Shown one piece after another: positions 12,366 to 26,739 of a stretch of 64,000 bases of DNA. The stretch is from assembly GCA_036172245.1 (NCBI GenBank), contig JAYWIR010000032.1, positions 558,001 through 622,000 of the forward strand. Reading direction: 5' to 3'. The notes beneath the pieces were generated by a model that was not told the origin of the DNA, made no database searches, and saw only the letters and a program-made list of their open reading frames with translations. A program made the translations under genes and the position numbers. The stretch's first letter is position 1. The number at the start of each line of letters is the position of its first letter. The stretch comes from Raillietiella orientalis. Taxonomy: Eukaryota.

Positions 12366-15300
12366 GCATTCTTTTTGCGGGATGGATCCCGCGCGCCTGC
12401 GCGCCGCAGAGAAAAACCTCTTGTGTTCCTCGGACCTCCCATTTCGAGAGCTCTCGTGCGCGGGTTGCGCGGATCGTCTCCGGAAAACCGGCACGCAACT
12501 CCCGATTTATTGGGTGGAATCTCTCCTTCTTCCTTTCTTCGTTCACCAATTTCGAGCACCAGCTGATTGCGAAAGAAAGCGATGCGCCGCAATTAAGGAG
12601 AACGCGTATCGGACGTGCGTTCGCAGTCGAGGATTGCGGGCGCGCGCGCGAGCGCCCGGCAGTGGAAAGTCCGCTTTCCCGCCACCGAGGTAAAAACGAA
12701 TCGATCTCGATGGATCCGCCGCTTTTTTTTTTTTTTTTTTTTTTTCTTTCTTTCTTTTCTTGATGGCTCTTCCATAAATTCGGATGCGGACAGGCGATGG
12801 ATCGGGATGCGAATTCCATCTCGCGTCCATGCTGACCACGATGAATGAAGCAGAGAGCCTTCGTTCGATCGAGGTCCTCTCGCGCAAAGCAGATAAAATA
12901 CATAAATAAATAAGCAAATGCGCGCGGAGGCAGCATGCGGCTTTCGAGATGCCGGACTGTCGCGGCAAGAAGAAGTCATCTCTTGCAGTTTTGGCGATTC
13001 GAGTGAGTTCCCTTGCAGCGCTCATCGGGAAGGGCCGCGAGGGAGCCCACGACTCTCGCCTTTCCGAGTCCGCCCAAGACAAAGATCTGTTTAGCAAGGA
13101 CCCGAGCAGGTGCAGCTCGCGGGAAAAAAAAATTCCGGGGATGTTTCAGGGAAGCTTCCACGGATTTTATTTGCTCACCGGTTCGTTCCGGCGAACCGAG
13201 CGATTATAAAAACTCGGATGGATTTTTACCGCCTGATTTTTATCGCGCGCCTTCAGATAAATCCGGCAAACAGCGCTGCTGTTTTCCGATAGAAATCTCC
13301 GTGAGGCGAACTCCTGAAAGGTGTTCCCTCGCATCTTGATAACCCATTTTCACACAGGAATTCGTTCTGCAATCGCAATGATCACAGTATGTGTACGTGA
13401 GAATGTATTTTTTATTTTTATTTTTTTTTCTTCCTCTTTTCTTCCCTCCCTCTGTGGGTCGGTAGAAGATCGTGATTTCGCTTGAATTTTTCTCAAGAAG
13501 GATGGTGGTCATCCGCAGAAAGAGAGAGAGAGAGAAGGAAAAAAAAAATGTTTCGAAAGAATAAAAGACATGGTTCGTTACGTGCTCCTACCAGATCCGA
13601 GAGATTCTTCATTCTGGGTCCATCGCTGGTGACGGGCATTTCATTGTGTGCTCCTCCAAGAAAGCCCCTAGGCGAACTGCTGCCGTTCATTCACAACGGA
13701 GACGTCGTTCGGCTCAGCATTTAGAGTACTCTGTACACCTCAGCGAGTGTACCGGACGCAGCCGGATACGAAGGAAAGATGTGGTCAGTTATAAAGGCGC
13801 ATGAGTTATGAATCGGTTAGATGGCGGCAGAGTGGAACCAACGCGGAAGGAGATCGCGGTGTCGCACTGTCGTAAAAGGAAAAACGACAACAACAGCAAC
13901 AAAAAGAAAGCCACAGATACATTCGGGTCCGTTGTTTCAAGGCGCAGAGTTAGTAAAGAAGCTGGTTGCAGACTCCAGATGACGCGGCAGCGCTCGGCGC
14001 AAATGCCAAGGGCCTTGTGTTTGCACTTAGAGGCCATGGAGTTGCCCCACCCGGTCATCTGACTGCTATCCTCAGGAAGCAGAGTGGGTAGTCGGTGGCT
14101 TCCCTCTCGTTCGCTCCTGCTTCAGCGTCGCTCAGGGCCGCCATAATCCCGCGAATGCATCAGAGAGCTACGCCTGTCTGCAGGGCATCCCGCACAAAGA
14201 GGAGTCGTATGACGCCCTTGGCTTCGCCGTTCTGCAATGCCGTCCCAGAAAACGATTCTACAGGGCAGAGGGTCATGAAAGAGGAACCAGGAAGGGCAAC
14301 GCCTGCTCGCCTGCTCGAAACTTCTGCTGCTGGAGACCGCCGAACCCTCATTGCGTCTTCTGGGAGCATTCCGATTCCTCCCTCGCCCTCCCGACGACCG
14401 GCAGCTCATCGTAGATTTGCGAGCTCTTCGCGGCCGAGCTCGGAGGCGAAGCCTGCCTATTGCCCACGTTCGAGGGAGCTACCAGCTCATTCTCCCCGGT
14501 CGCGGCAAGCGGTGGACGGGGCAGAGAGGCAGGCAATGAGAACACCTAAGAAGGCCCGGCCGCCAAGACCAGAGCACCCAATGCAAGGAAAAAAGAAAAA
14601 ATAGAAAAAATAAAGGAGGAAAAGGAAATTTTGCTCGCAAAACCTCACGGATGGATCATGAAAATTCTGAAGAGCAGGTGAGAAGCGACAAGAGGTCTCC
14701 TGGGATGGGTTCATGACATGCCCCGGCCAGAGGGAAAAGCGCGCGCACGTATATCAAAACGTTTCTCTCGGCGTAGATGTTGTCGAGTGAAGGAGGGGGG
14801 CTGCTAACCTGAGACATCCATCCAGAGAAGGTCCTGAGTTCCATGACCCGCCACTGTTCGCACGTGGACAGGAAGGTCGCACCTCATATTCGAACCTGCT
14901 CCAGGCAGCATCGCACTCCGGGTTGCTTGGAGCTCCAAAAGGACCCTTGCTTGGTGTGGTCTTCATTCCCAGCAGGACGGCTTTTGAACGGAAAGGCAGG
15001 AGTATTACTGGAACCCCCCCTCCCCCACACACACACACAAAGGCATGAGGAAAGCGTCGATGAAGACTTCTGGAAGATTCTGAGTTCGCCTTGCCCGCAA
15101 AATGCGGGTCAATCAGCATACGAGTCTGCTCAATCGCATCGAAGTGGGGACTGGGAGGGTCGAAGAGACCTGCTCTCCGTCAGTGCTCTCCTACAGATCA
15201 CCTTAGCGAGCTGCCAATTTTTCTGGCGCCCGGTTGCACCGGGGAGTCTCTTGACGCTTTTTGTCGGCGAAAGGGTACGAATCCTTCCGTGTAAGGTGGC

Positions 15301-17228
15301 AGGTGTTCGAGTGGATGGAAGGGTCGCTGGCAACCCCCTGGGCGGTCCTCAGCACACCTCGCGGGATGCTGGGGCGAGCCTTTCCGTCTTTCAGGTCCGC
15401 CTGTCTCATCATCCGGCTGGAGAAGGAGAAGGTCGTTGTGTAAATGGCGTTACCTTGCCTTCCGCGTGACCCGGTAGTTCGCTGGACGCCATCGCGCCTC
15501 CTTCGGGTGTTCACCCCAAATCCGCGTTTCCATGGATGGGGAGGGGAGAAGTAGGTCTTCCTTCATTCATTCCCGATGTGCCTGCACTCGATGCGAGCGG
15601 GAATGACCCAAGAGCTGGCGCGAACAGTCGAAGACCTCAAAGGACATAGAGACCACGGCCCGAAGGGGCCCATCTGGGATCTCCCCCTGCACCCGTGCCT
15701 ATTCAGACAGTCATCCCGTGGCTCCTACCTCCCTCGTTCGTCCTTCGCCGCGCGTCTGACTGCAGCGTGAGAGGCGAACGCTGGACCGGACGCCGTCGAG
15801 TGTTCTTCGGAGGCCAAGCACATCCGAGGAACCTTGACTGCTTCCCTCCCTGGTCCCACCTGGGAAGATGCGGCGGGGAACCGGACCACATCCTTCGAAG
15901 GACCAGCTGCGGCCCGCGCCCACGCTTCCATGCGGGGGCGGTTCTTCCCTCTCCCCCCACCCGCCTCCGATCGAAAGGGGAAGGCGGAGGAGATACGAGG
16001 TTCGCGGTCCGGCGGCCTTTCCAGGGGATGGGGTGAGAAAAAGGGGGGGAAGAGGAACGGATTCCAGGAACGAGACGAAAACCTCCGTTCCGCAGCCCTC
16101 GCGTTCCCGGTTCGCGCAAAGTCGACGCCTCCTGGAAACGAGTAAAGCAAATTGAAAACGGTAAGCAGGACCACCGGACTCTAGAACTTTTCCATATCAA
16201 TCAACAAAATGATGCGATCGAGATAGCCCGAGGCTCCGCGGAGGGCGAGTCAGGCAGGTGCGCCACAAACCAGATTGAATTCAGTGCTTGTATCATCGGC
16301 CATGGGTTACGTGAGTTTCGTGAAACTGTCGCGCATCCACCGCGTGTGACCTCGCCGGCTCGGGTGACCACAGTGTTGTTGTTCGGCGGAAAAGAAAAGA
16401 AACGAAAAGAAAAAAATTTTTTTTTTTTTTTTCGCGCAAAGGGTAAAAATCCTGCCGACGAGTTCCAGCGAGGAGGAAGGTCGAAGGTTCCTCCTCTTTC
16501 CCCGATTTTGTTTTTTTTTTTTTTTTTTTGGTTTGTTTGTTCCCTGCTGTTTTGTTTGCTCGCACACGTGCTGCTGCGTGGTGGTACGAGGAAGTTTCTT
16601 CCATGATTCTGTCCGCTGAGGTGAGTTGCGTCTGGATGAGTGAGGTGGGAGGAAGAGGAATTGATGAGGGTGCAAGAGTGATGTGGGAGAGATGGTTCGC
16701 TGGCTGCAGGCGCGCCGGTTCTGCATCCCAGGGAAACGCGCGCGCGCATACAGCACACACACACACACACATGAAGAAAAAGCTCAGCTTTGCAAAGACT
16801 TTTTGCCCTCCGAGGTGACCATGGAAACGAACTCCTTGCCTCTGAGGAACAGTTCTTTCTCCTCGCATGACACACACGGACTGGCAAGCAGGAGTTGTCT
16901 TTTCATTTCGAGACGCTGGTGCGTTGGTGCGGCTCTTCCGCAGTGCTTCCGCTCACGTCTTCTTGAAGAGTTAAATTTCGTGTAAAAAAAAAAGATAAAA
17001 AAAAGACTCTCCCCCCCCCGAAAAATGACGCATGTGTTTCCTCCCCCTCCTCTCCAGCATCCACAGCTTGACCAGGAAACTCGTCCACTGTGATCGAAGC
17101 TTCCAAAGTTCGGGCTGGCCACTCGAACTGCTCGTTTCATGGTCATCCTTTGGACGGAAGAGCGGTTGCTCTGAGCGCTTGGCGCGGGACCTAGTTGTTG
17201 ATGTCTTCTATAAAAAGTGCCGTTCCAG

Positions 17229-17306
17229 ATGAATCAGCTATGCAAAGTTTGCGGGGAACCTGCTGCAGGCTTTCATTTCGGAGCGTTCACCTGTGAAGGA
17301 TGCAAA
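17229..17306 (+). CDS. knrl: Knirps-family (NR0A) nuclear receptor, coding exon 1 (first zinc finger)
   Basis: [26 protein letters not shown] is the canonical knrl/eagle N-terminus. The ATG directly follows an acceptor-like TTCCAG (AG 17227-17228) and the exon ends at a consensus donor GTAAGT (17307), phase 0. Paralog identity (knrl vs eagle vs kni) is not resolved. Confidence 0.97.
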
Positions 17307-20300
17307 GTAAGTCAACGGCCACTCTTTGCTTCTTCGAGCGGATCCCTGTGCATGCTGTTCCTCTTCCTCCCCCTCTTTCTCTTCCCGCGCAGAAGACCCG
17401 TCCACCTCGCACTGAGGCGGACTTTCCTCTTCGGGCCCGGAAGGACAGGGAGAGGGAGGGGGGAGCAGAAGACACATATCGGGCTGGAGCTCGCCGCCAG
17501 CCGCGCTCGCCTCGCGCCCCGCGTGTAGCGCGGGGGAAGAGAGGATTCCAGAGATGAGAGCTGCTCCGCTTACTGGCTGTCACATGATCTCGGAGGCGGC
17601 CGAGACGCGCGCGCCGGCGCGGAACCTCGCCGTTCGGGTAAGCGGGGGGGACGGTGGTGGTGGTGAGCGCATGCGCTCGAGGTGCCGGAAATGAAACTGA
17701 GGATCTCGGGATCGGACGAACGGCATCCGACGCGCAGGATGCTGGAGGAGGAAGGATGCGCGTGTCCGGTTGGTTCATCGGAGCGCGCGCGCAGACGCCT
17801 CCGGAACGATCCTGAAGTTTGGGATTTTTCCCTCGTCTCCCCTTGATCGAGTTTCGCTGAGGCTCGGCATCCGGCTGCCCATCGCTGTGCGTGCGCGCGC
17901 GGGAAAGGGTGGGATGACTCCTCACGCTTGGCGCGGGGAGGGTGGGTCACAAATAACCACGATGCACCCTCAGTTCGGATCTCGGATGCATCGCTCTTTC
18001 GCTGCAGAAGAAGACGCGCACGGCTCTCGGATGATGCGAGGAACATCGTTTCGGTGATCTGCGAAACTCAAGAGAGGTTCGGGACGACAATCGCCGTCCA
18101 AGGTCTTTCCTATCCGGCGAAGACCCCGGCGGTGACCCGAAAATTCGGGCCGCAATTCGGTCCATGAGTGGGACGGTTGCACTAAATCGGCTTCCTGTGT
18201 TTGCATCCCGGTCCCTCGGCGACGGTTCTGCTTGGAGACAGGCGGTCCACGGGTGCTCTTCGTCTTTATCGAGAGAGGACAGGCGGTGGCGGCGTACTGC
18301 TGAGGGACATCATCGGCCTCGTCTTCGGTTTCATCTGGAACCGGATGGAAACGATGCTCTGGATTCGTGGTTTCCGGGATCCGCAACCGATCAATCCGCA
18401 TGAGCCCGCTGACCTACAAGTGCCTGCCCTGAGGTTCAGGAAGCGACCGTGCGGCCGCGTTCCCAGGGGGGGCCGCCCGGAAGCGGCTCGGGCGCTCGGA
18501 TACGGCGCCGCGGCTTCCGAGTGCCTCCTCGGCTTTGCACGCGCCGTCGACCGAGACTTCTCTTCGCGTTTCTCGTTTCCTGTCGGGCATCCAGCCTCTG
18601 AGCCGCAACGGGGAGGTGGTCTCCTCCCCTTCGCTCTCCTGCGCGCGGAATGGGTGGATCGGAAGGCCTCAGAGCGCCCAACTGCAACCCCTTCCCCCCG
18701 GTCGCCCGTCCGGTCGCAGCGCCCTGGTAGCAGATGGACTCCCCGATCCACCCGAGCGTTCCGGGTGCGAGGCTCACTGAGCCCGGGAAGGGAGAAGAAG
18801 GAAAACCCGACGAATCCAGGTTCTTCCACCCTCCCTCGGCGGACCGCCGCCGGGCCGAACCAACCTCGCTCGGAGCTTCCCCGAGCGGCCACCAGGACTA
18901 GCGTCGCCTGAGTTCCGCGTGAAATGCGCGACTTGCGTCCACCGGGAACAGAAAATTCCGATTAACGAAACCATAAATATACCGGATCTCGTCCTCGTGG
19001 ATCTCCAAGAATATTTCCTAATTGCGAGGAATTTCGAAATTTCCCCGGGTTTTCCTCCCTTAATAGAATGAAAATGAGGAACTCTTTTGCTTCGGAAACG
19101 AATGGCATCCACTTTATGATTTATGCCTCTTTCTCTCTAACGAAGGCCCCAATATTCCGAAACGCACAGATGGCTTTCAGATTTCGCCCGTCTGAGCATA
19201 ATTGAAGATTAATGCTTTCGATTTGTCCGGGAGGGAGGACAAAGCGGCCGAAACGCGCTCGGACCCGCGCTTTGGGGTCGCGTCCTGAAGAGACGTCCAC
19301 TGGAGAGGCCGCGCGGGGGGAGCTCTCGTTCGGAAGGGGGGGAGGGAGAACGTGAACGCGTCCGCGTGTCCACGTGCGTTCTGAACGCCGCGTACTTGCG
19401 GCGTTCAGGATGGAGCGGCGTTTGCGAAGAAGACGTTGGCGCGCGGAACGAGGTCCACCACCCACTCCCACACGGGGAACGCGCGAAAGGACAGCCGGGG
19501 AACGGGTTGCTGCTTGCGCGCCCTCCGCCAACCACGGAGGCCGGCATTCAGGGACCCCGGACGCGCGCAAGAAACCCGCCGGACGCAGCAGCAGCGCGGT
19601 GCAGTGCAGCCGCCGGCTCGCACGGCTGAGCGTCGAAGATGGCCCGTTGTCACGGGCAGTGGTGGCTTCGGGGCTCAAGTCGGGTGTGGAATTCCTTACT
19701 CTAGGAAACAAGTAGCCGGGGAACGGGCGTTTTCGTTTTCCCCAAAGGGTCAGCCATCGCAGCCAAACGCGCGTCCCCTCGGAACCCCAGGGTGGACCGA
19801 CGCTTGACAGAGAACCGGAAAACAGATTTCTGGATTCGGTTGCACGCCGATTCGAACCGCCCGGAAGAAGAAGAAGAAGAAGCGAGGTTTGCTCTTCGTT
19901 TCCGAAAGCTCCTGATCTTGTAGGAAGAAGGCTTAAGGATCAAGCAGGAACGGAATGGCAGCACGGATTCGCAACCACAACTTTCTGAGCGCAATCATCC
20001 CAGAACCTCTTACAGTCCAGAGTCTCAAATGCAAATGTAAAGAAATCCAAAAGTGTTTCGAAGGCATTTATGCAAATTGCAAGAGCAACGCAATTTCTGC
20101 CTCTGTCTCTCTCTCTCTCTTTTTTTTTTTTCTTCCTTCGAAAAGCAAGCTCCAAGAACTTGAGCTATTTGCAGTACGAGAGTTTCCCCCCCCCCCGCTT
20201 GGAGGTTCATCAACGTTTGCCTGCGCTGGACAGAATCCTGCGCCTCGGCTTGTGAGGAGCTGCATCTTGCGATGAGCCGCGACCGCTCGCCTTGTTTTGG

Positions 20301-23300
20301 CGTTCGAGGATCGGGTAAGCCCCTCCGTTTTATTGCCAGAAAGTGTTGCTGGCGATCTTGGTCTGCGGGGACCATCAACATCCGAACGATTTTCGCACCT
20401 CCGCGCGAGGGAAGCAGCACTTTCCGCTCCGTGGTGAGACGGAGCGATTTTTCTCCCGGCGCTTCGGATGGCCAACTCGGAAATGCTACCGAGGCCACGA
20501 TGCATACAGATTGATACAGAAGGAGTTTGCAGGAACGCAACGAGTTGCGGGGCAGCGAAGTGCCGCTACCAAGTCCACCGTCAAAGGATGGTGACTTTCC
20601 CCCCTTGGGATTCTGGAACGTCAGCATTCGAAATCTCCGCGGCTCGTGCGGCCCATCTCTCTTCCTTTTCTCCGACGGAAAATCTTGGAAGCCGTTCGCT
20701 TCGCGCGGCCAAGTCGGCGGCTCGCTTGCTTCCCCATGAAGATGAAAGAACAAGCCCAAGTCTGGAGCGGTTGAAATTCATCTCTCGACAGCATCCTTGC
20801 GATTGTGGCTACGCTTCCTCAAGGTCACATCTGTCTTCTTGCTTCTTGGGTTCGTCTTCCAGCGTCCAGTAAGCAAAAAAATTTGGAATCAACATTCTGG
20901 AAGCGCAGTCCGGGAATTGCTGGATGCCTGCGTTCGGAGCATTCCTGGTACTTGGCGGCGCCTTGCTTGGATCCCAGGAACTTGCAGAGACACCTTCAGG
21001 AAATGCGAAGAAAACAGGTGCGCTCATTAGCAACGAAAGTTTCCCAGAGCCGACGCTCTCGAAATTTCGCCTACCCTCGCGGTCGGGAGCACCTGGAGGG
21101 TCGGCTGGACGAGAGAGGGACGCGACATGGTCCCGCATTATCCTCTGCCTACGGGTGGGTGATCCCAGCATCTCGTCGCATAGGAGGGGAGAAGGAAAGG
21201 GGGGGCACAAAGCCCCGCAGACTGCCTGATAATCCTCTGGACACGCGTATTTTCGGTCGCGCGAGGTTCTCCTCGCTCCGTGGAACCCTTCGCGTATCTG
21301 TTGCGTGGCTATCAGGGAATTACCGTTCGCTCCTGTGCGTTCACCGGCGACGGCTTGCATGCCTGGGGGTAATCGGAACAGATTTTTCGACAGATCTGGA
21401 AGTCAGCAATACTGGTTTATGAAACGGTACTTGCAGTTTTTGCTTCCCTCGGAACCAAGAAAGAAGAGATTCAGTTAGCAGGAAACTAGAAACGAGAAAC
21501 TGCGTTTTTGTGAGCAACACGAAAAGGTCAAGCAGAAGGGAATGTGGGTGATCGCACGAGCGGCCGCCCATTCACTGAGTTCGTCCCGAGCTTCGTCTGG
21601 ACCGCGATCGAAGGATTCCGCAGCCTACAAGCACGTGGTTTCGTGGGACGGGGCGGAGCGCATGTCTCCTTGGAAACGTGCATCCCGGCCACCCGCACAG
21701 GTCGACGCCGCACGCGGGCACCCGTGGTCGGGGAGAGCAAATGAAACTGAGCTTGTGGTCGTCTCGCTTCCAGGGAAACCGACAGGCACGGAAGCAGGAA
21801 ACTGGTCACACCAGCGCGCGTCACCGGGCCCGAGAGATGAATGAACGACTCCCGCTCCGCGCCCGCGCATCCGTTTTTCTTCATGGAATTTTCTTCGGAA
21901 GAAGAGCGTCCGTCCACTCCGTTGTGTCGCAGAGAGCAGGAGAGATCTTTGATGAATCTTATTCCTCTGCTTGGCGAGAAACTGTCGTGTGCGTTCCGTT
22001 GTTACCTCTCTTAGCGTATCGTCATCTGGCAGGCCATGTCCTTTCGGTTGCAGCCGCTCGAAATCCTCGGCGCCACTGTCTCCCAGAGTTGCCCCCTTGG
22101 CGAGAAAAATCCCTCGCGATTTATTTGCCTTCCCTCTTCCTTTTATCCGTTTTCAAATGCAGAACGCGGATCGAAAGTGCATGGGTCCATATTCTGCTCT
22201 GGTGCTCTCGCGGATTTTCTGTTACGAAAGTCCGTGCGCATCTCGTCCAGCATTCTTTTTTATTAGGCACCTCGCCTACAAGAAATATAACAACAACAAC
22301 AGCAACAAAAAGACATGCCATCATGTTTATGGCCTTCTATCGCTATTTCCGAAGATGGAAGCGCTGACCCAATTGCAGGGGTAGTTCGAGTGGATGCGCC
22401 ACCCGAAGCACCCCTGCAATTGGCTCCGCGCTTCCATCTTCAGTCGTCTGCGCCGTTCTTCGTCTGCTCCTTTTCCTGGTGCCGGTTGGCAGCGAAGGCT
22501 CGGACTGCCGAAAACCAGAGTGGAAACCAGAGTTAGAGCCAGTGGCGCGCGCCTGTGTACACGTACACACGTGTGTGTACATGTGCCGCGTGCGCATGTG
22601 TGCTGAAGAGAGGAGGGGGACAAGAGCAGGCGGGTGAAGTGTTGAGGGCTGGAGTGGAGTGGTGTCGAGGGTAATTAAGAACCGGGAAAAAGCTCAGTAA
22701 TTCAGGAGCAAACGGTCTTCCGGTAGACGACGGCAAACAGCGTCTTCGAAGGGAGCGCGGTTAAGTAAACACGTCTTGTGGATTCTGCGGGAGGACTTTT
22801 TTTTCCCGGGGAGAGCGCTTGCGTTTGGCTCCAGCCTGCAGCGTTTGCTCTCGAAAGCTCATCCGCGCATCTTTTAATCGAGCCTGTTCCCACTGCTGTT
22901 TCGCAACGGAGAAGAGGGGAGAAGGAAGGGGAGGAAGGGGAACTTCGAGACGAGAGGGCAGATATCTCGGGCTTCTTGTTTCCCTGGAGTATGTGCTCGA
23001 CAGCCAGCAGCGCCCACCCGCTCTCCACCGCCGCCGACAGAGAGCCTGCGGTCCCACAAACTGATCCCTGCGGTGGCTTCTTCCTCCTCTTTCTCTCGCC
23101 TCTCCTTCCGATTCCCGCTGGCGGAAGAGACCCAGCCTCTGCGAACTGGGTCGATTTCAAAGGCACGACGCGCCACCCGGAGGTCCGCCGGAGAGGTCTT
23201 CGAGGAGTCCGCGCATGCGCGGCTCCAACCGTGGGGCTGGGGAGGGGCACACCCTCCGACTCGGTCGCTCCTTGGTGCGGAGCATCCTCTATTCAGGGCA

Positions 23301-25029
23301 GGAGACGTGCCGGATTTCGCTCTCGAGATGCGGAGCAGCCCTGCTGCCCGGAAGGGTTGCTGTCTTTTCTCTCTCCCTCCCTCTCTCTCCTGCGCGCTCG
23401 GAGCGCTCCCGACGGCGCGGCCTATGCGAGTCACGTAAAGAGCGCCCATTTGTTTGTGCTTTACGCACCTAATGAGGCATCATTTCACCAGTGCACGGGC
23501 TGGCTAGCCGTGGGACCACGTGGAAGCACCCTATCTGGCGTCGAGCCGTTTCGCCGCGCGCGAAGGCCCGCGTCCCTCGGCGACGGGCGGAGGACACACG
23601 AGCCGTCGCGCGTTGCCCTGGGAAGCGACGGCGCATCCGCGCGCTCGCTTCCCCCCCGGAAGGGGCAACCGGGAGCGAGGAGGAGGAGGAGGGAGTGCCT
23701 CTAAAGTTCTCCTCCTCTTCCTCCCTTCCTCCTCCTCCTTTCCTCCCCAGCGGGGGACCTCCAGGGAAAAGGGAGGAAGGCTGCTGTTGCGAGGATGCTC
23801 AACGCCGAGGCGCGACGGTGCCGCGCGCGCGATTTTTCCAGCAAATTCCTCGCCGCTCTCTCAATTTGCGCATTACTGTACCAGGGCACACTCCCGCGTC
23901 CATTTACACAAAGAGAAGATTTATGGTCGATTCGAGATGCAGAATGAAACCTGAATTATGCAGTTGTACGTAGCTTTTTTTTTCCTTTCCTGTTTCCTTC
24001 CTCCTCCTCTTCTTCTTCTCTTTCTTTCTTTCTTTTTTTTCGTCCTCCTCCCGTTCTCGAAAGAAAAAAAAAAGTTTTTTTTTTTTGCTTTCGCAACCGA
24101 CCCTTCACGTCTGCGATTGCGCGGCAGTGCTTTGCCAAAAATGGCCGCTCCGTCAGCGGCAGTCCGCATCGCGGTCCTCAAGGTGCGAGGAGGGTCACCA
24201 GTTCTCGGGACAGGCAGGCTGAACACCCTGCCTCCAGCCTTCACCTCCCTCATCCCCACTCCCCGATCCCCCGTCCTCCAAAACCCCCCTCCCTCAAAAA
24301 AAAAGAAAAAAATTAAAGAGAGGGCGCTCCCGGATCCACGTGAGGAAACGCCGAACCCGTTTCTCTCTCGGCGGCACCGGCTTCCCTGTCCGGTCGCTGG
24401 AAACGCCCGCATGCGGTCCAGCCCGACGCGGAGCACTGGGAGCCGCATCCCCCACCCTTCGTTTACCGGGAAGCCTGGCGAGAACGCCAGCGCCGGGGAC
24501 TCAGCCATGGGTTCCGGGAAGCGGGTCGCGGCAGATCGGAGGTGGACTGATCGCTGCCGGAGGGGAAGGGGAAGAAGGCCAGCTGGCAGGCGGAAAGTGG
24601 GACGCATCTTCCTACCCTCCTCCATTTCCACTCCGGGGATGGCGGTGCTGGCGCCACGGCCTTCAGCGTGGGCGGCCCCGCGCGCGCCCGCCCCGTGGTT
24701 CCTTCGACCACTGTCTCCGGCGACGCCTGCTTCCAGTCGCTCGTCCCGTGGAGCCGCGGGGTTGCCGCTTCCAGGACGTCATGCCGGGAGAGGCGCGACC
24801 CTGCGGCTGCTGCCGCTTTACCCCGGAAGAGGCGGCCGTCGGACTGAGGAGCCAGTCAGGCTCTCCCGGAAGCGGCAGATAGCGCGAAGCCTGCAGCTCG
24901 CGAGGTCCATCCCTGCGGCCGGGATGAAGGAAATCTGGGAGCACTCCAGTCGTCCGCGAAGACCGACAGCGGGGAGGCAGGGTGCAGTGCGGGAGGACGG
25001 GATCATCATCATGGCTGCGAGAGCTCTCT

Positions 25030-25420
25030 ATGACCAAGGCGGTAATGATGGTTACTGACCATGACGAAAAAGATTATGATGATGACAAGGAGGATGACGA
25101 TGATGCCAAATAACATCAAAGACGACAGTAATAATGATAATAATGTGATAATGATGATGATGAGGAGGAGGAGGAGAAGATTTCAGTGATGTGGATGAGG
25201 ATGACAATGTGGATAATGACCATGACCAAGACGCCTGTTGATGACGGTGATTGATGATTGAGGACGAGGAAGAGGAAGAGGAAGAGGAGGGAGAGAGGGC
25301 GAGGATTGGGACGGCGACGAAAACGCTGACCACGCAACGGGAGCATCAGGTGTAGTGAAGAGATAAGGAAAGGATGAGAAAGCAAGCAGGAGGAGGACGA
25401 CGGGAATGAGGATGGTGAGG
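25030..25420. repeat. Degenerate (GAT/GAC/GAG)n purine-rich low-complexity tract inside the intron
   Basis: Runs such as GATGATGACAAGGAGGATGACGATGAT and GAGGAAGAGGAAGAG; no coherent + strand ORF. Confidence 0.8.
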
Positions 25421-26739
25421 ACTCCCTCGCTCCTTCCTGTTCTGCGCTCTCTCGTAACCTCCAGGGGAGACTCCCTGGTCACCTGCTGTAGGGTCGTCGG
25501 GTCGTCCGCGGTGCGCCTCCTCGCACGCTCTACTTCCTTGTTGTGGGTCCCTCTGGAAACTTTGGAGTGATGGCGGGGGGCTTCCCGCGCCGTCCACGAG
25601 GCGGGTCAGGGGAGGAGCAGGGAAGGGAAGGAGCTCGGAAAACCCGAGTTCCCGGTTCCCCAGGCGATGCTTTTCGGACGTTCTTCGAGGTGGCCTAACA
25701 GTGAGAGCCCGGAGGCATTCTCCAAGAGTCTCGCGCGTGATCTCCTGGGAGTCAGCTCTCGGTGCGCTAGAGCTGCTGACCTCCCGGAAGTGGTTCCTCG
25801 AGACGGATTTCATTCCCCCCAGGAAGTGAGGTCGAGTAGGACTCCCTGTGGGCGCTCCGGGAGGCCGAGAGGTGCGCTCGAATAGCCGACGGTTGTTTTC
25901 GGCCGGAAGGTCACAAATCGATCGCGGAGGGCCGCCCAGGATGCCTCGCGGGAGTCAGCTCCCGGTGTGACCTTCATCGGCTCAGGAAGACTCGTGTGTC
26001 TCTCTCGAGGAGGGAGGAGGGTTCATCGCTCAAGTGGTCCCTAGATGTGGACAGATAAAGGTCGAAGAGTCACTCCCTCCGTCATCCGCCCCCGCGCCGG
26101 ATGATGAGGGACGCGAGAGAGCTCGCCGCACCTCACAGGGCGGGCTCGCGCGGCACCGCGGGTGCAAGTCGACTCGTCCTCGGGCCGCAGCTATCGAGGG
26201 AACCAAGGACCTCCACAGGGGGCCCTCATCGCGAGGGGTCGAGAAGGAAAGGGGGTCGCGCGGTACGGGGGAAAACGAGCACAGCCCGCGCAAACGCCTG
26301 GAAGCCTCTAGGGGCTTCCGGGTGCTCATGACGGAGACGCAGGGTGCCACTACGGCCCCATTCGAGGAGTGAAGGGCCCGGCAGTGCGCGGAGGGGGTCG
26401 GGAACCCATCCCCAAAGGCTGTGTCTTTAGGGAAAACAGGAAAGGTGCAGCCGGCGTCCCACCGGGGGAAGAAGAGGAGGCGAAGGGCTGGAAGGAAAGG
26501 CGCTCGCCGCTCGGGGTCTCGGAAGCCGTGCAGAAGCGCTCATGCGCCGTACACCGAGTACGCGCGCTCGCCAGTGCGGCGGGGAACGCACGTGGGCCTC
26601 TGTAAGTCCTGCGGAAGTGGCCGGGGCACAGTGAACATTCGACCTCGTGAGCACGAGGTTGCGCGGGAAGCAGAGAAGAAGGGATGGGTCCCGAAAGAGG
26701 AATCTTCCGGGCCACAGCCTGCCAGCAACTGCTACGTTT

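Noticed and set aside
17209..17215. TATAAAA as the NR0A TATA box
   Set aside because: It starts only 20 nt before the ATG, which would place the TSS inside the CDS; the ATG follows an acceptor-like TTCCAG, favouring an upstream non-coding exon.
23958..25058. 366-aa ORF inside the NR0A intron
   Set aside because: It runs through homopolymer and simple-repeat tracts, has Arg/Pro/Ala-rich GC-driven composition and no recognisable domain.
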